A DNA stretch of 64,000 nt from Eubacteriales bacterium (GCA_041672465.1 JBAYZO010000005.1:4686-68685), one strand, 5' to 3'; positions 45,258-54,196 are shown, counted from the stretch's first letter. Made by a program: numbers and translations. Notes: generated from the sequence alone by a model not told the origin.

Positions 45258-47420
45258 ATGACAAACAGATTTACCGAAGAGGCCAAAAAAGTGCTTAACG
45301 ACGCCGTGACGGCGGCGCGCGAATACGGACATACTTTTGTGGGCAGCGAACACCTTTTGCTGGCCATAACCATGACATCGCCGCGCTGTTTTGCCAACTC
45401 GCCCATAACATATGACAGAATAAAGCGCCAGCTCTATGAGCTCGCCGGCACGGGGGCGGATAACTATGTCGGCGGCGAGGACTTAACCCCGAAATGCAAA
45501 AAGATTCTTATCCAAGCCGGAAGGCACGCCAAAGACATGGGGAGCGAGGTGATAGCCATAGCGCATATCCTGATGGCAATTCTAACCGAGGAGTGCGTCG
45601 CCAAACGGATTATCGAGATGGAAGGCGTTTCCGTCTGTGAGATACTCATGTCGCTGGGGAGCGAAAACAAGGAAAACACGGAGGTTGAAATGGACCAAAA
45701 AAGACGGGATAAACAAAGGCCGACGCCTTTTCTTGATAAAAACGGCACAGATCTCACCGCCGTCGCGGAATCGGGAAAAATCGAAAGCATTATCGGCAGG
45801 GAAACTCAGGAAGAAAGAATTATCCGAATCCTCCTGCGAAAAAGCAAAAACAACCCCTGCATTATAGGCGACGCGGGGGTGGGGAAGACAGCCATCGCCG
45901 AGGCGGTGGCAAAGCGGATAGCCGAGGGCAAGGTCCCCGAGGCGCTCAGGGGAAAGCGCCTTATTTCCGTAGATATCCCCGGCGTTGTGGCGGGGACAAA
46001 ATACAGGGGGGAATTTGAGGAAAAGCTGAAAAATATCATCGGGGAGGCAAAAGGCGGCGATATTATTTTATTTGTCGACGAAATGCACACCATTGTGGGG
46101 GCGGGGAGCGCCGAGGGCTCGGTTGACGCCTCAAATATACTGAAACCCCCGCTCGCCAGAGGGGAGATAAGGCTTATCGGCGCGACGACTCCGGGCGAGT
46201 ATAAAAAGATAATTGAAAAAGACCCGGCTCTCGAACGGCGGTTCCAGCCGGTGAAAGTCGACGAGCCGAGCCAGCCGGAATGTATTAAAATGCTTTTAGC
46301 GACAAAAAAGTATTATGAAAAGCATCACGGCATTAAAATCTCAAACGACGCGGTCGAGGAGGCGGTTCGGATATCATCGCGCTTTATAAACGGCAGAAAG
46401 CTCCCCGACAAAGCGGTGGATTTAATCGACGAGGCCGCCGCGGGCGTTGTGATAAACGGCAGGGCGGCGCTGGGAAACAGCGACATTATAGGCATAGCGT
46501 CGGATATGACGGGGATCCCCGCCGCGGTGCTTGCCCGGTTCGGCGAGGGCGACGCGCAAAGGCTTAGGGATTGCCTTTACGACTCGCTTGTCGGGCAGGA
46601 CGCCGCCATTGAAAAAATTACCTCCTGTTACCGGCGGTATATTCTCCGCACAAACGCCGAAACCCGCCCCGCCAGCATGATATTCGCCGGCGAAAAGGGC
46701 TCGGGCAAAACTTTCGCCGCGTCTGTTTTCGCCAAAGCCGCCGGGTTTTCAAGCGTTATTCGGTTTGACATGAGCGAATTTATTGAAAGCCACACGGTTT
46801 CAAAGCTTATCGGCTCCCCGCCCGGCTATTTGGGCTACGGCGAGGAGGCGGCGCTCGCGGAAAAAGTCCGCCGCGCCCCCTATTCAATAATTATTTTTGA
46901 TTCCGCCGAAAAGGCTCACCCCGACGTGCAGTCAATCATCGCCAAAATACTTGAGGACGGCGAGCTCAGCGATTCTTCCGGTTCAAGCGTCAGCTTTGGC
47001 TGCGCGTTTGTAATCGTAATCGTATCCCCGCGCCCGGGGGGGAAAAGGGCGGGGTTTATTAATTACGGCGACGATTGGGTGAGGCCCCCCGACGTTTTTG
47101 AGGGAAAAGCGGATGAGATTATCGCTTTCGCCCCGCTGTCGCAGGGGAGCATTTACAAAATCGCCTCGCTCCGCTGCTTTTCAAGCGCCGCCTCTTATTT
47201 CAACGGCAGGCTTGAGTTTACTAAAGAATTTACCGAATTTTTAAAGGAAAAAACCAAAACCCTCCTCTCCGCCTCGGCGTCGGTTAAATACGCCGACAAG
47301 CTTATGAGCGAGGCTTTTTCGGATTTATCCAAGCCAAGCGAAACAGACGAGATTTTCGTAACGTCGGACGGCGACGAGGTTTTCTTTAAAATCCCCGAAA
47401 AAGCGCTTGACAAGCGGTGA
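45258..47420 (+). CDS. Divergent ClpC/ClpA-like AAA+ chaperone
   Basis: Clp-N repeats (FTEEAKKVL..GHTFVGSEHLLLAI), D1 Walker A GDAGVGKT and Walker B ILFVDEMH, and D2 GEKGSGKT. ATG 45258 follows a GGAGGGG RBS. Confidence 0.8.
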   Translation: MTNRFTEEAKKVLNDAVTAAREYGHTFVGSEHLLLAITMTSPRCFANSPITYDRIKRQLYELAGTGADNYVGGEDLTPKCKKILIQAGRHAKDMGSEVIAIAHILMAILTEECVAKRIIEMEGVSVCEILMSLGSENKENTEVEMDQKRRDKQRPTPFLDKNGTDLTAVAESGKIESIIGRETQEERIIRILLRKSKNNPCIIGDAGVGKTAIAEAVAKRIAEGKVPEALRGKRLISVDIPGVVAGTKYRGEFEEKLKNIIGEAKGGDIILFVDEMHTIVGAGSAEGSVDASNILKPPLARGEIRLIGATTPGEYKKIIEKDPALERRFQPVKVDEPSQPECIKMLLATKKYYEKHHGIKISNDAVEEAVRISSRFINGRKLPDKAVDLIDEAAAGVVINGRAALGNSDIIGIASDMTGIPAAVLARFGEGDAQRLRDCLYDSLVGQDAAIEKITSCYRRYILRTNAETRPASMIFAGEKGSGKTFAASVFAKAAGFSSVIRFDMSEFIESHTVSKLIGSPPGYLGYGEEAALAEKVRRAPYSIIIFDSAEKAHPDVQSIIAKILEDGELSDSSGSSVSFGCAFVIVIVSPRPGGKRAGFINYGDDWVRPPDVFEGKADEIIAFAPLSQGSIYKIASLRCFSSAASYFNGRLEFTKEFTEFLKEKTKTLLSASASVKYADKLMSEAFSDLSKPSETDEIFVTSDGDEVFFKIPEKALDKR

Positions 47421-47448
47421 AAATATATATATAATACCCCTGTAAAGC

Positions 47449-47481
47449 GTTTTGCTTTACAGGATTTTTTTATAAAAGACA
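47449..47481 (+). terminator. Intrinsic terminator after the clpC-like gene
   Basis: cctgtaaagc gtttt gctttacagg followed by ATTTTTTT. Confidence 0.8.
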
Positions 47482-47524
47482 AAAACTTTTATTGTATTGT
47501 ATCGTCGGGCGAGGAAGACAAAAA

Positions 47525-47854
47525 ATGGATGAAAAAGCCGCAAGGCGGGGCGAGATAGCGGGACTGTTTGACATTTATTCCCCGCTGCTTTCAGAAAGAC
47601 AGCAGCAGGCGACTGAAATGTATTATATTGACGACCTCTCGCTGTCTGAAATTTCAGAAAACCTTAGCATAACAAGGCAGGGGGCGCGGAGTTTAGTCGC
47701 CCGAGGGGTGGAACTGCTGATGTTTTTTGAAGACAGCCTTGGGTTTTCCCGCAAAGAAAACGAGGCGCGGAGCGCGGCGCAAAAAATAAAAGAATGCGGA
47801 GTCAGCGGAACGGCGCTCGCCGAAGCTGAAAAAATATTAAAATTGTTCGGTTAA
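47525..47854 (+). CDS. ylxM: YlxM/UPF0122 putative DNA-binding protein
   Basis: LFDIYSPLLSERQQQATEMYYIDDLSLSEISENLSITRQGAR, located upstream of ffh. Confidence 0.75.
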   Translation: MDEKAARRGEIAGLFDIYSPLLSERQQQATEMYYIDDLSLSEISENLSITRQGARSLVARGVELLMFFEDSLGFSRKENEARSAAQKIKECGVSGTALAEAEKILKLFG

Positions 47855-47965
47855 TTGAAAGACAAGTCTTTCAATGTTTATCTGCATAAAAAGGAATTTT
47901 AATAAGCAAATTTTTGATTTTGCGGTTTAAACAACCGCAATTTCGACAAGTCGAAACCATCAAAA
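47854..47965. repeat. Three-hairpin intergenic element, copy B, inverted relative to copy A (H3 47854-47875, H2 47920-47940, H1 47941-47956)
   Basis: The reverse complement aligns with 33196-33306. H3 is identical, H2 is identical, and H1 is tttcga-caag-tcgaaa. Confidence 0.85.
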
Positions 47966-48073
47966 ATATTGCGCTCCCTCAATTCGCAAGCAATTAAAAA
48001 TGAATTTTATAACCGATTAAAAGCAAACTAAATATTAAAATTTATATATCGTTTGAAAGGACTATTTATATAA

Positions 48074-49396
48074 ATGTTCCAAAGCCTTGTCGACAAAATG
48101 GCGGAGGCCTTAAAAAAGTTTAAAAACAAGGGCAAGCTCACCGAAAACGACGTCAAAGCGGGGATGAGAGAGATTAAATTAGCCCTGCTCGAGGCCGACG
48201 TCAACTTTAAGGTGGTCAAAGACTTTGTGGCGAAGGTCTCGCTTCGCGCGGTGGGGAAAGAAGTGCTGGAAAGCCTTCTCCCGGCTCAGCAAATCGTTAA
48301 AATAGTCAATGAGGAACTCATAACCCTTATGGGCTCTGACGCGGCAAAGCTTGAGTTTTCGCCAAAACCGCCCACGGTCATACTTCTCTGCGGGCTTCAG
48401 GGCTCGGGGAAAACAACTCACGCGGCAAAGCTTGGCGCGAGACTTAAAAAGTCGGGCAAAAGCCCCCTCCTTGTCGCCTGCGACATCTACCGCCCGGCGG
48501 CGATAAAACAGCTTCAGATAGTGGGGGGTCAGGCCGGCGTGCCGGTGTTTGAAAAGGGCGAATCCCCCCCGGCGCAAATCGCCGCGGAGGCGGTCAAACA
48601 CGCGGTTAAATACGGTAACGACACCGTTATCATAGACACCGCCGGGCGGCTCCACATTGACGAGGCGCTAATGGCGGAACTGAAAGCGATAAAAGAAAAA
48701 GTCAACCCGGCTGAAATCCTCCTTGTCGTGGACGCAATGACGGGGCAGGACGCGGTAAATGTGGCGCGGACGTTTAACGAAAAACTTGAACTGACCGGCG
48801 TTATTTTGTCAAAGCTTGACGGAGACGCCCGGGGCGGCGCCGCGCTGTCGGTGAGATATATCACCGGAAAACCCATTAAATTTATAGGAACGGGCGAAAA
48901 GCTCGACGCTCTCGAGCCGTTTTACCCCGAACGAATGGCGTCGCGGATTCTCGGCATGGGGGATGTGCTGTCGCTAATTGAAAAGGCGGAGCAGGCGTTT
49001 GACGAAAAACAGGCCGCCGAGCTTGAAAAAAAGTTCCGCGAACAGTCTTTTACCCTTGACGACTACCTTGCGCAGTTCAAGCAGCTTAAAAACATGGGGA
49101 ATATGGAATCCCTTTTGGGGATGATGCCGGGGATAAAACCCGCCCAGCTTAAAAACGCCAATATCGACGAAAAAACCCTCGGCCGAGTGGAGGCGATAAT
49201 ATTATCCATGACGATGAAAGAGCGGGTCAGGCCGGAGATTTTAAATTTCTCCCGCAAGAGGCGGATAGCCGCGGGGAGCGGCACCAGCGCCGAGGAAATT
49301 AACCGGCTTTTAAAGCAGTACGAGCAAACAAAAAAACTCATGAAACAGTTTATGGGGAGCGGCAAGAAGAAAAATAAGATGAGACTGCCGTTTTAA
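48074..49396 (+). CDS. ffh: Signal recognition particle protein Ffh
   Basis: GLQGSGKTT, DTAGR, and a Met-rich M domain. Confidence 0.95.
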   Translation: MFQSLVDKMAEALKKFKNKGKLTENDVKAGMREIKLALLEADVNFKVVKDFVAKVSLRAVGKEVLESLLPAQQIVKIVNEELITLMGSDAAKLEFSPKPPTVILLCGLQGSGKTTHAAKLGARLKKSGKSPLLVACDIYRPAAIKQLQIVGGQAGVPVFEKGESPPAQIAAEAVKHAVKYGNDTVIIDTAGRLHIDEALMAELKAIKEKVNPAEILLVVDAMTGQDAVNVARTFNEKLELTGVILSKLDGDARGGAALSVRYITGKPIKFIGTGEKLDALEPFYPERMASRILGMGDVLSLIEKAEQAFDEKQAAELEKKFREQSFTLDDYLAQFKQLKNMGNMESLLGMMPGIKPAQLKNANIDEKTLGRVEAIILSMTMKERVRPEILNFSRKRRIAAGSGTSAEEINRLLKQYEQTKKLMKQFMGSGKKKNKMRLPF

Positions 49397-49480
49397 ACCA
49401 AGTCCCGTTAAAAAACAGTTATCAATACGGTATTTATTAAAGTAAATATAAAATTTAAATTTTTCCGGAGGTCATTTATA

Positions 49481-49723
49481 ATGGCAGTTAAAATCAGGCT
49501 TAGAAGAATGGGCGCGAAAAAAGCCCCCTTTTACAGAATCGTCGTGGCGGACTCGCGCTACCCCCGCGACGGCAGGTTTATAGAGGAAATAGGGACATAC
49601 AACCCCATGGCAAACCCCACGGCGGTGACTATTGACGCCGAAAAGGCAAAGAAATGGCTCGCCAACGGCGCCCAGCCCACCGACACCGTGAGATATATCC
49701 TTAAAAACAACGGCGTCATATAA
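49481..49723 (+). CDS. rpsP: 30S ribosomal protein S16
   Basis: [26 protein letters not shown]. Confidence 0.95.
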   Translation: MAVKIRLRRMGAKKAPFYRIVVADSRYPRDGRFIEEIGTYNPMANPTAVTIDAEKAKKWLANGAQPTDTVRYILKNNGVI

Positions 49724-49780
49724 GAGAGCCCGGCAAGGGCTTTGCCGGGGCAACCGATTAAAACGAAAGGAAGACCAAAA

Positions 49781-50008
49781 TTGAAACAACTTCTCACGGA
49801 TATAGTAAAGCCGCTGGTGGACAACCCGGACGAGGTTTCGGTCATCGAAAGGGTCAGCGGGGACATGTCGATACTTGAGCTGACAGTCGCCAAGGGCGAC
49901 ACGGGAAAAGTTATCGGGCGCGGGGGCAAGATCGCCAAATCGATCCGCCTTGTGATGCGCGCCGCGGCGGTTAAAGAAAACAAACGCGTCATTGTAGATA
50001 TCAATTAA
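49781..50008 (+). CDS. KH-domain RNA-binding protein (YlqC-like)
   Basis: LKQLLTDIVKPLVDNPDEVSV...GKVIGRGGKIAKSIR. TTG 49781 follows GAAAGGAAG. The ORF-track start at 49742 is less likely. Confidence 0.8.
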   Translation: MKQLLTDIVKPLVDNPDEVSVIERVSGDMSILELTVAKGDTGKVIGRGGKIAKSIRLVMRAAAVKENKRVIVDIN

Positions 50009-50010
50009 AT

Positions 50011-50032
50011 ATTGAAAGACAAGTCTTTCAAT
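50011..50032. repeat. 22-bp palindrome H3, solo copy
   Basis: attgaaagacaagtctttcaat, 2 nt after the KH gene stop and 8 nt before the rimM TTG. Confidence 0.9.
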
Positions 50033-50040
50033 GGCATATT

Positions 50041-50553
50041 TTGGAAAGAAACGGTTTTAAAGTGAAACATTTTATCGAGGCGGGGAGACTTAACTCCCCC
50101 CGCGGAATAAAAGGCGAGATAAGATTCACCTGCTATTGCGACTCGCCGGAATTTCTTCGCGGGGTTAAAACTTTATACCTTGACGAAAAGGGCGAGAAAA
50201 GCCTTGAGGTTGTATCCTACCGCCCGACTATTCCCACCCTTATTTTTAAAGGTTATGAGAGCAGGGAGAACGCTTACCTGCTGGCGGGGAGAACAGTTTA
50301 TTTTAACCGGAATGACGTCGCTCTGCCGGACAGAGCTTTTTACTTCTGCGACCTTATCGGCGAGGACGCATATGACGGGCAAACGGGGAAAAAAATCGGC
50401 GTGGTTAAGGATGTCGAGGAAATCTCCGGGAAGTTTTATTATATTATTACCGGCGAAAAATCCTACCGCGTCCCCGCTGTGGAAGACTTCGTGCCGTTCG
50501 CTTCCCCCGGCGAGGGGGTAAAGGTTAAGGGGATTGAAGAGCTTGAAATATAA
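50041..50553 (+). CDS. rimM: 16S rRNA processing protein RimM
   Basis: GRLNSPRGIKGEIRF plus a C-terminal PRC barrel. The start may be TTG 50041 or GTG 50062. Confidence 0.85.
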   Translation: MERNGFKVKHFIEAGRLNSPRGIKGEIRFTCYCDSPEFLRGVKTLYLDEKGEKSLEVVSYRPTIPTLIFKGYESRENAYLLAGRTVYFNRNDVALPDRAFYFCDLIGEDAYDGQTGKKIGVVKDVEEISGKFYYIITGEKSYRVPAVEDFVPFASPGEGVKVKGIEELEI

Positions 50554-50597
50554 GGAAAGATAAGAGATAAGAGAGAAGAGAGAAGAGAGAAAAGATA
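50554..50597. repeat. Homopurine (GATAAGA/GAGAAGA)n tract
   Basis: ggaaagataagagataagagagaagagagaagagagaaaagat. It shares a 17-mer with 38079-38117. Confidence 0.85.
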
Positions 50598-50607
50598 TGG
50601 ACAAAAA

Positions 50608-51285
50608 ATGAACTTTGAAATCCTGACTTTGTTCCCGGAAATGCTGACCGGATTTTTTTCGCAAAGCATTGTTGACAGGGCGGTAAAAAAAGGGCTAATA
50701 TCGGTTAACCTCACAAATATCCGGGACTTCACCAAAGACAAGCACAAAAAAGTTGACGACGCCCCTTACGGCGGCGGTTACGGAATGATTATGACCTGCC
50801 AACCCTCCGTGGACGCTATCAGGGCGGTTAAGGATGGCTTAAAGGGCAGCGTCATAACCGTATACCTCACCCCTCAGGGGAGCCTTTTTAACCACGCCAA
50901 GGCAAAGGAGCTTTCCGCGTTTGACAATATCATCCTCTTTTGCGGCCATTACGAGGGGATTGACGAGCGAATCATAACCCTTGAAATTGACGAAGAAATT
51001 TCAATCGGCGACTATGTGCTGACGGGCGGGGAACTCCCTGCGGCGGTGGTCACCGATTGCGTTTCGCGCCTGATAGACGGAGTGCTGCCGTCGCCCGACT
51101 GCCACGAGGACGAGAGTATCGCGAGCGGGTTGCTTGAATACCCCCAGTACACAAAACCGCGGGTGTTTGAGGGGCTTGAAGTGCCGGAAATTCTTTTTAG
51201 CGGCCACCACGCCAACATTGAAAGCTGGAGGAAAGAGCAATCGCTCCTCCGCACGCGTGAAAAACGCCCCGACCTTAAGGTGTAA
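50608..51285 (+). CDS. trmD: tRNA (guanine37-N1)-methyltransferase TrmD
   Basis: FEILTLFPEM, DDAPYGGGYGM, CGHYEGIDERI and GDYVLTGGE. Confidence 0.95.
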   Translation: MNFEILTLFPEMLTGFFSQSIVDRAVKKGLISVNLTNIRDFTKDKHKKVDDAPYGGGYGMIMTCQPSVDAIRAVKDGLKGSVITVYLTPQGSLFNHAKAKELSAFDNIILFCGHYEGIDERIITLEIDEEISIGDYVLTGGELPAAVVTDCVSRLIDGVLPSPDCHEDESIASGLLEYPQYTKPRVFEGLEVPEILFSGHHANIESWRKEQSLLRTREKRPDLKV

Positions 51286-51337
51286 AGGCAAACAAACGGC
51301 GGATTTATTGGTTTTATTACAAGACAGGAGGCAGACA

Positions 51338-53152
51338 GTGCAAAGAGCAAGACGCCAAGCGAAAAACAAAGGCTTTTTCGGCAGGCTTGTCCGTAACAGC
51401 GCCATAACTTCCCTTCTTAATTTTTACTCGGCAAAACTGCATATGTTTTACTCGGAGGGAACTTTCGCCTCGCTGTTCGCCCCCTCGCATAAATTAGACA
51501 AAGCAAAAGAAAACGGCTTTTTTGGCCGTATGGTCAAAAAACTGCGCTTGACGGACTTTTTTTCGCTTATCCGCCACAACTTCGCTAAGAATGTAGAGGA
51601 AAGCCGAATTGTAAAGGGCTACCGAAATATTCTTGACTTGACTTTTGCCTCGCCGGGGAAAACATTCGGGGTGTTTTTTCTGTCCGCGGGGCTTTACTCG
51701 CTCTTGGGCTATTTTATTCGGCTTTACGCCGTCGGGAACCTCCCCCGAACCCATGCCGATATCACCGCCATTATAATTCTGCTCTGCTTCGCGCTCGTGC
51801 TGTTGTTTTCCAAAAAAACCTTTGGCAGGATAATAGCCGAAAGCGGTATTTTATCGTTTATCCTGTTTGAAGTCTTCGGACTTTGGCGTTACGCGCTTGA
51901 AAAAGAGACAACCCCCAAAAACAATTTCGCCGCCGCGTTCTTCGCGGGGTTAGCGTTTGGGGCGGCAGGGTTTTTCACCTCGCCGACGGTCGCTCTGCGC
52001 TTTATTTTTATAGCCGTTTTGTTAGGCATAATCATCTACTCGCCCGAAAGCGGGTTTCTGTTCACCCTTGCCGCCATTCCCTTCGCGGGGGAGACGGCTT
52101 TGTTTTTTCTTTTGCTTTCTTCTTTAATTTCGTATATACTGAAACTGTTCAGGGGAAAAAGAAACCTAACCTTTAAGAGCGAAGACATACCGGCGCTCTT
52201 TTTCGCGTTTATTTTCGCGTTCGCTTACCCCGCGTCGCCGCCGGTGCAAGCGATTGTCGCCGTTTCGTCTTATTTTATGGCGGCAAACCTCCTGAGGAGC
52301 GAATACTTCCTTAAAAAAGCCGCTTTTTCGCTCTCGTTAGGGCTGATGATTAACATGATCGCCCAAGCGCTGTTTTTTATTTTTTCGATGACGGGGAAAG
52401 CTTTCCCCTCCGCGCCGGGGGTGGCGGCGGGGTTAGGGGTGTTCGGCGGATTTGATATTAAGAGCTATATCCACTACGGGGACTTAATGATTGTCGCGTC
52501 GCTCCCCTTTTCTTGTTATCTCTTTTCAGAGAAAAAAAGGGGCATACCCCTGCCGCTGAAGCTTGTTTTTATCCTCACCACGGTTTTTAACGCGTTTGTG
52601 TCGCTCTCCGGCGAAGTTTGGCTGTTTGCCGCCCTGACATTGTTTATTTTTCTTATTTACTCAACCGCAAAGGTTTTTAACGTGCTGTTTGGCTTTATAG
52701 TCGTCATGCCGGCCGCGCTCCAGATCAGAAGCTATATTTTGCTCTTTAACCATACATGGCAGGCGGGCGAAACTGTCTCTCAAACTCAAAGCCTCGCTCC
52801 CGCCTCTTCCCCGATTTTTAATATAAAAGCCTTTTTATTCGGAAGAGCGGGGGAGCTTTCGGGCAACCTTTACGACTCGCTTATGAAAAACCTCGGGCTG
52901 TTTGGGCTTGTAATGGGGCTGGCGGTTCTTGTGCTTTTAGTTTTACGCTCGTTCACCTCCTCGCTTTACGCCAAAAACCAGAACATCCGCAAGCTTTGCG
53001 CCGTTTTTGTCGCGGGAATTTTAGCTTTTTTTCTTTTGGGGTTTAATTTAAACACCCTTGAGTCGGGAAACCAAATAGTGCTGCTCTGGACCCTCTTTGG
53101 GTTGGTAAGCGCCACCGGTAACGCTGTAGGTCCACAAACACAATATCAATAA
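51338..53152 (+). CDS. Large polytopic membrane protein (possibly O-antigen-ligase/Wzy-like), function unknown
   Basis: GTG 51338 follows a GGAGGCAG RBS. About 14 predicted TM helices. The ORF-track start at 51134 overlaps trmD and is rejected. Confidence 0.45.
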   Translation: MQRARRQAKNKGFFGRLVRNSAITSLLNFYSAKLHMFYSEGTFASLFAPSHKLDKAKENGFFGRMVKKLRLTDFFSLIRHNFAKNVEESRIVKGYRNILDLTFASPGKTFGVFFLSAGLYSLLGYFIRLYAVGNLPRTHADITAIIILLCFALVLLFSKKTFGRIIAESGILSFILFEVFGLWRYALEKETTPKNNFAAAFFAGLAFGAAGFFTSPTVALRFIFIAVLLGIIIYSPESGFLFTLAAIPFAGETALFFLLLSSLISYILKLFRGKRNLTFKSEDIPALFFAFIFAFAYPASPPVQAIVAVSSYFMAANLLRSEYFLKKAAFSLSLGLMINMIAQALFFIFSMTGKAFPSAPGVAAGLGVFGGFDIKSYIHYGDLMIVASLPFSCYLFSEKKRGIPLPLKLVFILTTVFNAFVSLSGEVWLFAALTLFIFLIYSTAKVFNVLFGFIVVMPAALQIRSYILLFNHTWQAGETVSQTQSLAPASSPIFNIKAFLFGRAGELSGNLYDSLMKNLGLFGLVMGLAVLVLLVLRSFTSSLYAKNQNIRKLCAVFVAGILAFFLLGFNLNTLESGNQIVLLWTLFGLVSATGNAVGPQTQYQ

Positions 53153-53204
53153 ACCTAAATTGTCATATAGCTTAACAACCTTACGGAAAGGAAAAGACAT
53201 AAAA

Positions 53205-53645
53205 GTGCTTAAAAAGTTAAATCTCCTTGATATGGCAATACTGATTTTAATTTTAGCGGTTTGTTTCGGCGGGTTTATTTATCTTGTCAAAGCGGCGACG
53301 GCAGATATGAGCCTTGTCACGGTGGCAATATCGGTGGATGACAAAACCGCGGAGCTTTTCTCACCGGGCGAGGAGATTTATCTCACCTCGGGGGAAAACC
53401 TTGGCAAAATAACCGTCATAAAGACTTTAGGAGATCAAAAGGCGCTTGAAATCACCCGGAAGCGGGAAACGGGGAGCAAAAATATAAAAATCGGCCAAAC
53501 GGTGGAATTCCGATCTTCAAAAGCCCTCGCGTCAGGCGTGGTCTACTCCGTAAAACAACAAAAAGATAAAGAAAAAGAAACTGAAAACAATAACAACAAC
53601 AGCGAAAACAACAGCGCCGAAGCGTTCGGCGGGGAGGGGAAATGA
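53205..53645 (+). CDS. DUF4330-like single-pass membrane protein
   Basis: N-terminus KKLNLLDMAILILILAV is typical of DUF4330. The tail is acidic and Asn-rich. GTG 53205 is preferred over TTG 53160. Confidence 0.45.
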   Translation: MLKKLNLLDMAILILILAVCFGGFIYLVKAATADMSLVTVAISVDDKTAELFSPGEEIYLTSGENLGKITVIKTLGDQKALEITRKRETGSKNIKIGQTVEFRSSKALASGVVYSVKQQKDKEKETENNNNNSENNSAEAFGGEGK

Positions 53646-53649
53646 CAAT

Positions 53650-54123
53650 ATGAGCGCTAAAAAGTTCAATTTGTTTGATTTACTTATAATAATCGCACTC
53701 GCGGGGGTAATAATAGGCATGGCGTTCCGCGCGCAGATAAAAGACGCGCTGTTTTCCGGGGACAGGGTTCAGATAAAAGCTGTCCTTGAAGTAGAAAGTA
53801 TGTCAAACGACGCTGCCGCGCTTATAGACGAGGGCGTGAATCTGTATGTCTTTAAAAGCGGAAACCTTTTCGGAGAAGTGATATCCGCCGAATACACCCC
53901 GGTTTTTGAGACGGTATTTGTCGGCGACCGTGAAATCGAGGCGACAAGCGAATTTTATTCCTCGGCCGTTATTGTTATTTCCATAGACGGGTATACTAAG
54001 GACGGAACGTTTTATACTAAAAACAACGATATGCTGCTTGTAAAGTCGGTTTTCAGCCTTATTACCGACGAAACCTTTTTTACCTGCAAAATTAAAAGCC
54101 TTGAACCCATGAAAAACCCCTAA
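53650..54123 (+). CDS. DUF4330-like single-pass membrane protein (paralog)
   Basis: N-terminus KKFNLFDLLIIIALAGV. Its architecture parallels the preceding gene. Confidence 0.45.
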   Translation: MSAKKFNLFDLLIIIALAGVIIGMAFRAQIKDALFSGDRVQIKAVLEVESMSNDAAALIDEGVNLYVFKSGNLFGEVISAEYTPVFETVFVGDREIEATSEFYSSAVIVISIDGYTKDGTFYTKNNDMLLVKSVFSLITDETFFTCKIKSLEPMKNP

Positions 54124-54196
54124 AACCCGCAAAATGATTGATTATATTGCACAAAGTAATCAATTGTTTTTCGTAATTTTTATCAAATAAACGCTA

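Noticed and set aside
51134-51337. Upstream 68 codons of the 672-aa ORF overlapping trmD.
   Set aside because: The stretch overlaps the well-supported trmD frame and is Arg/Lys-rich filler. GTG 51338, preceded by GGAGGCAG, is a far better start.
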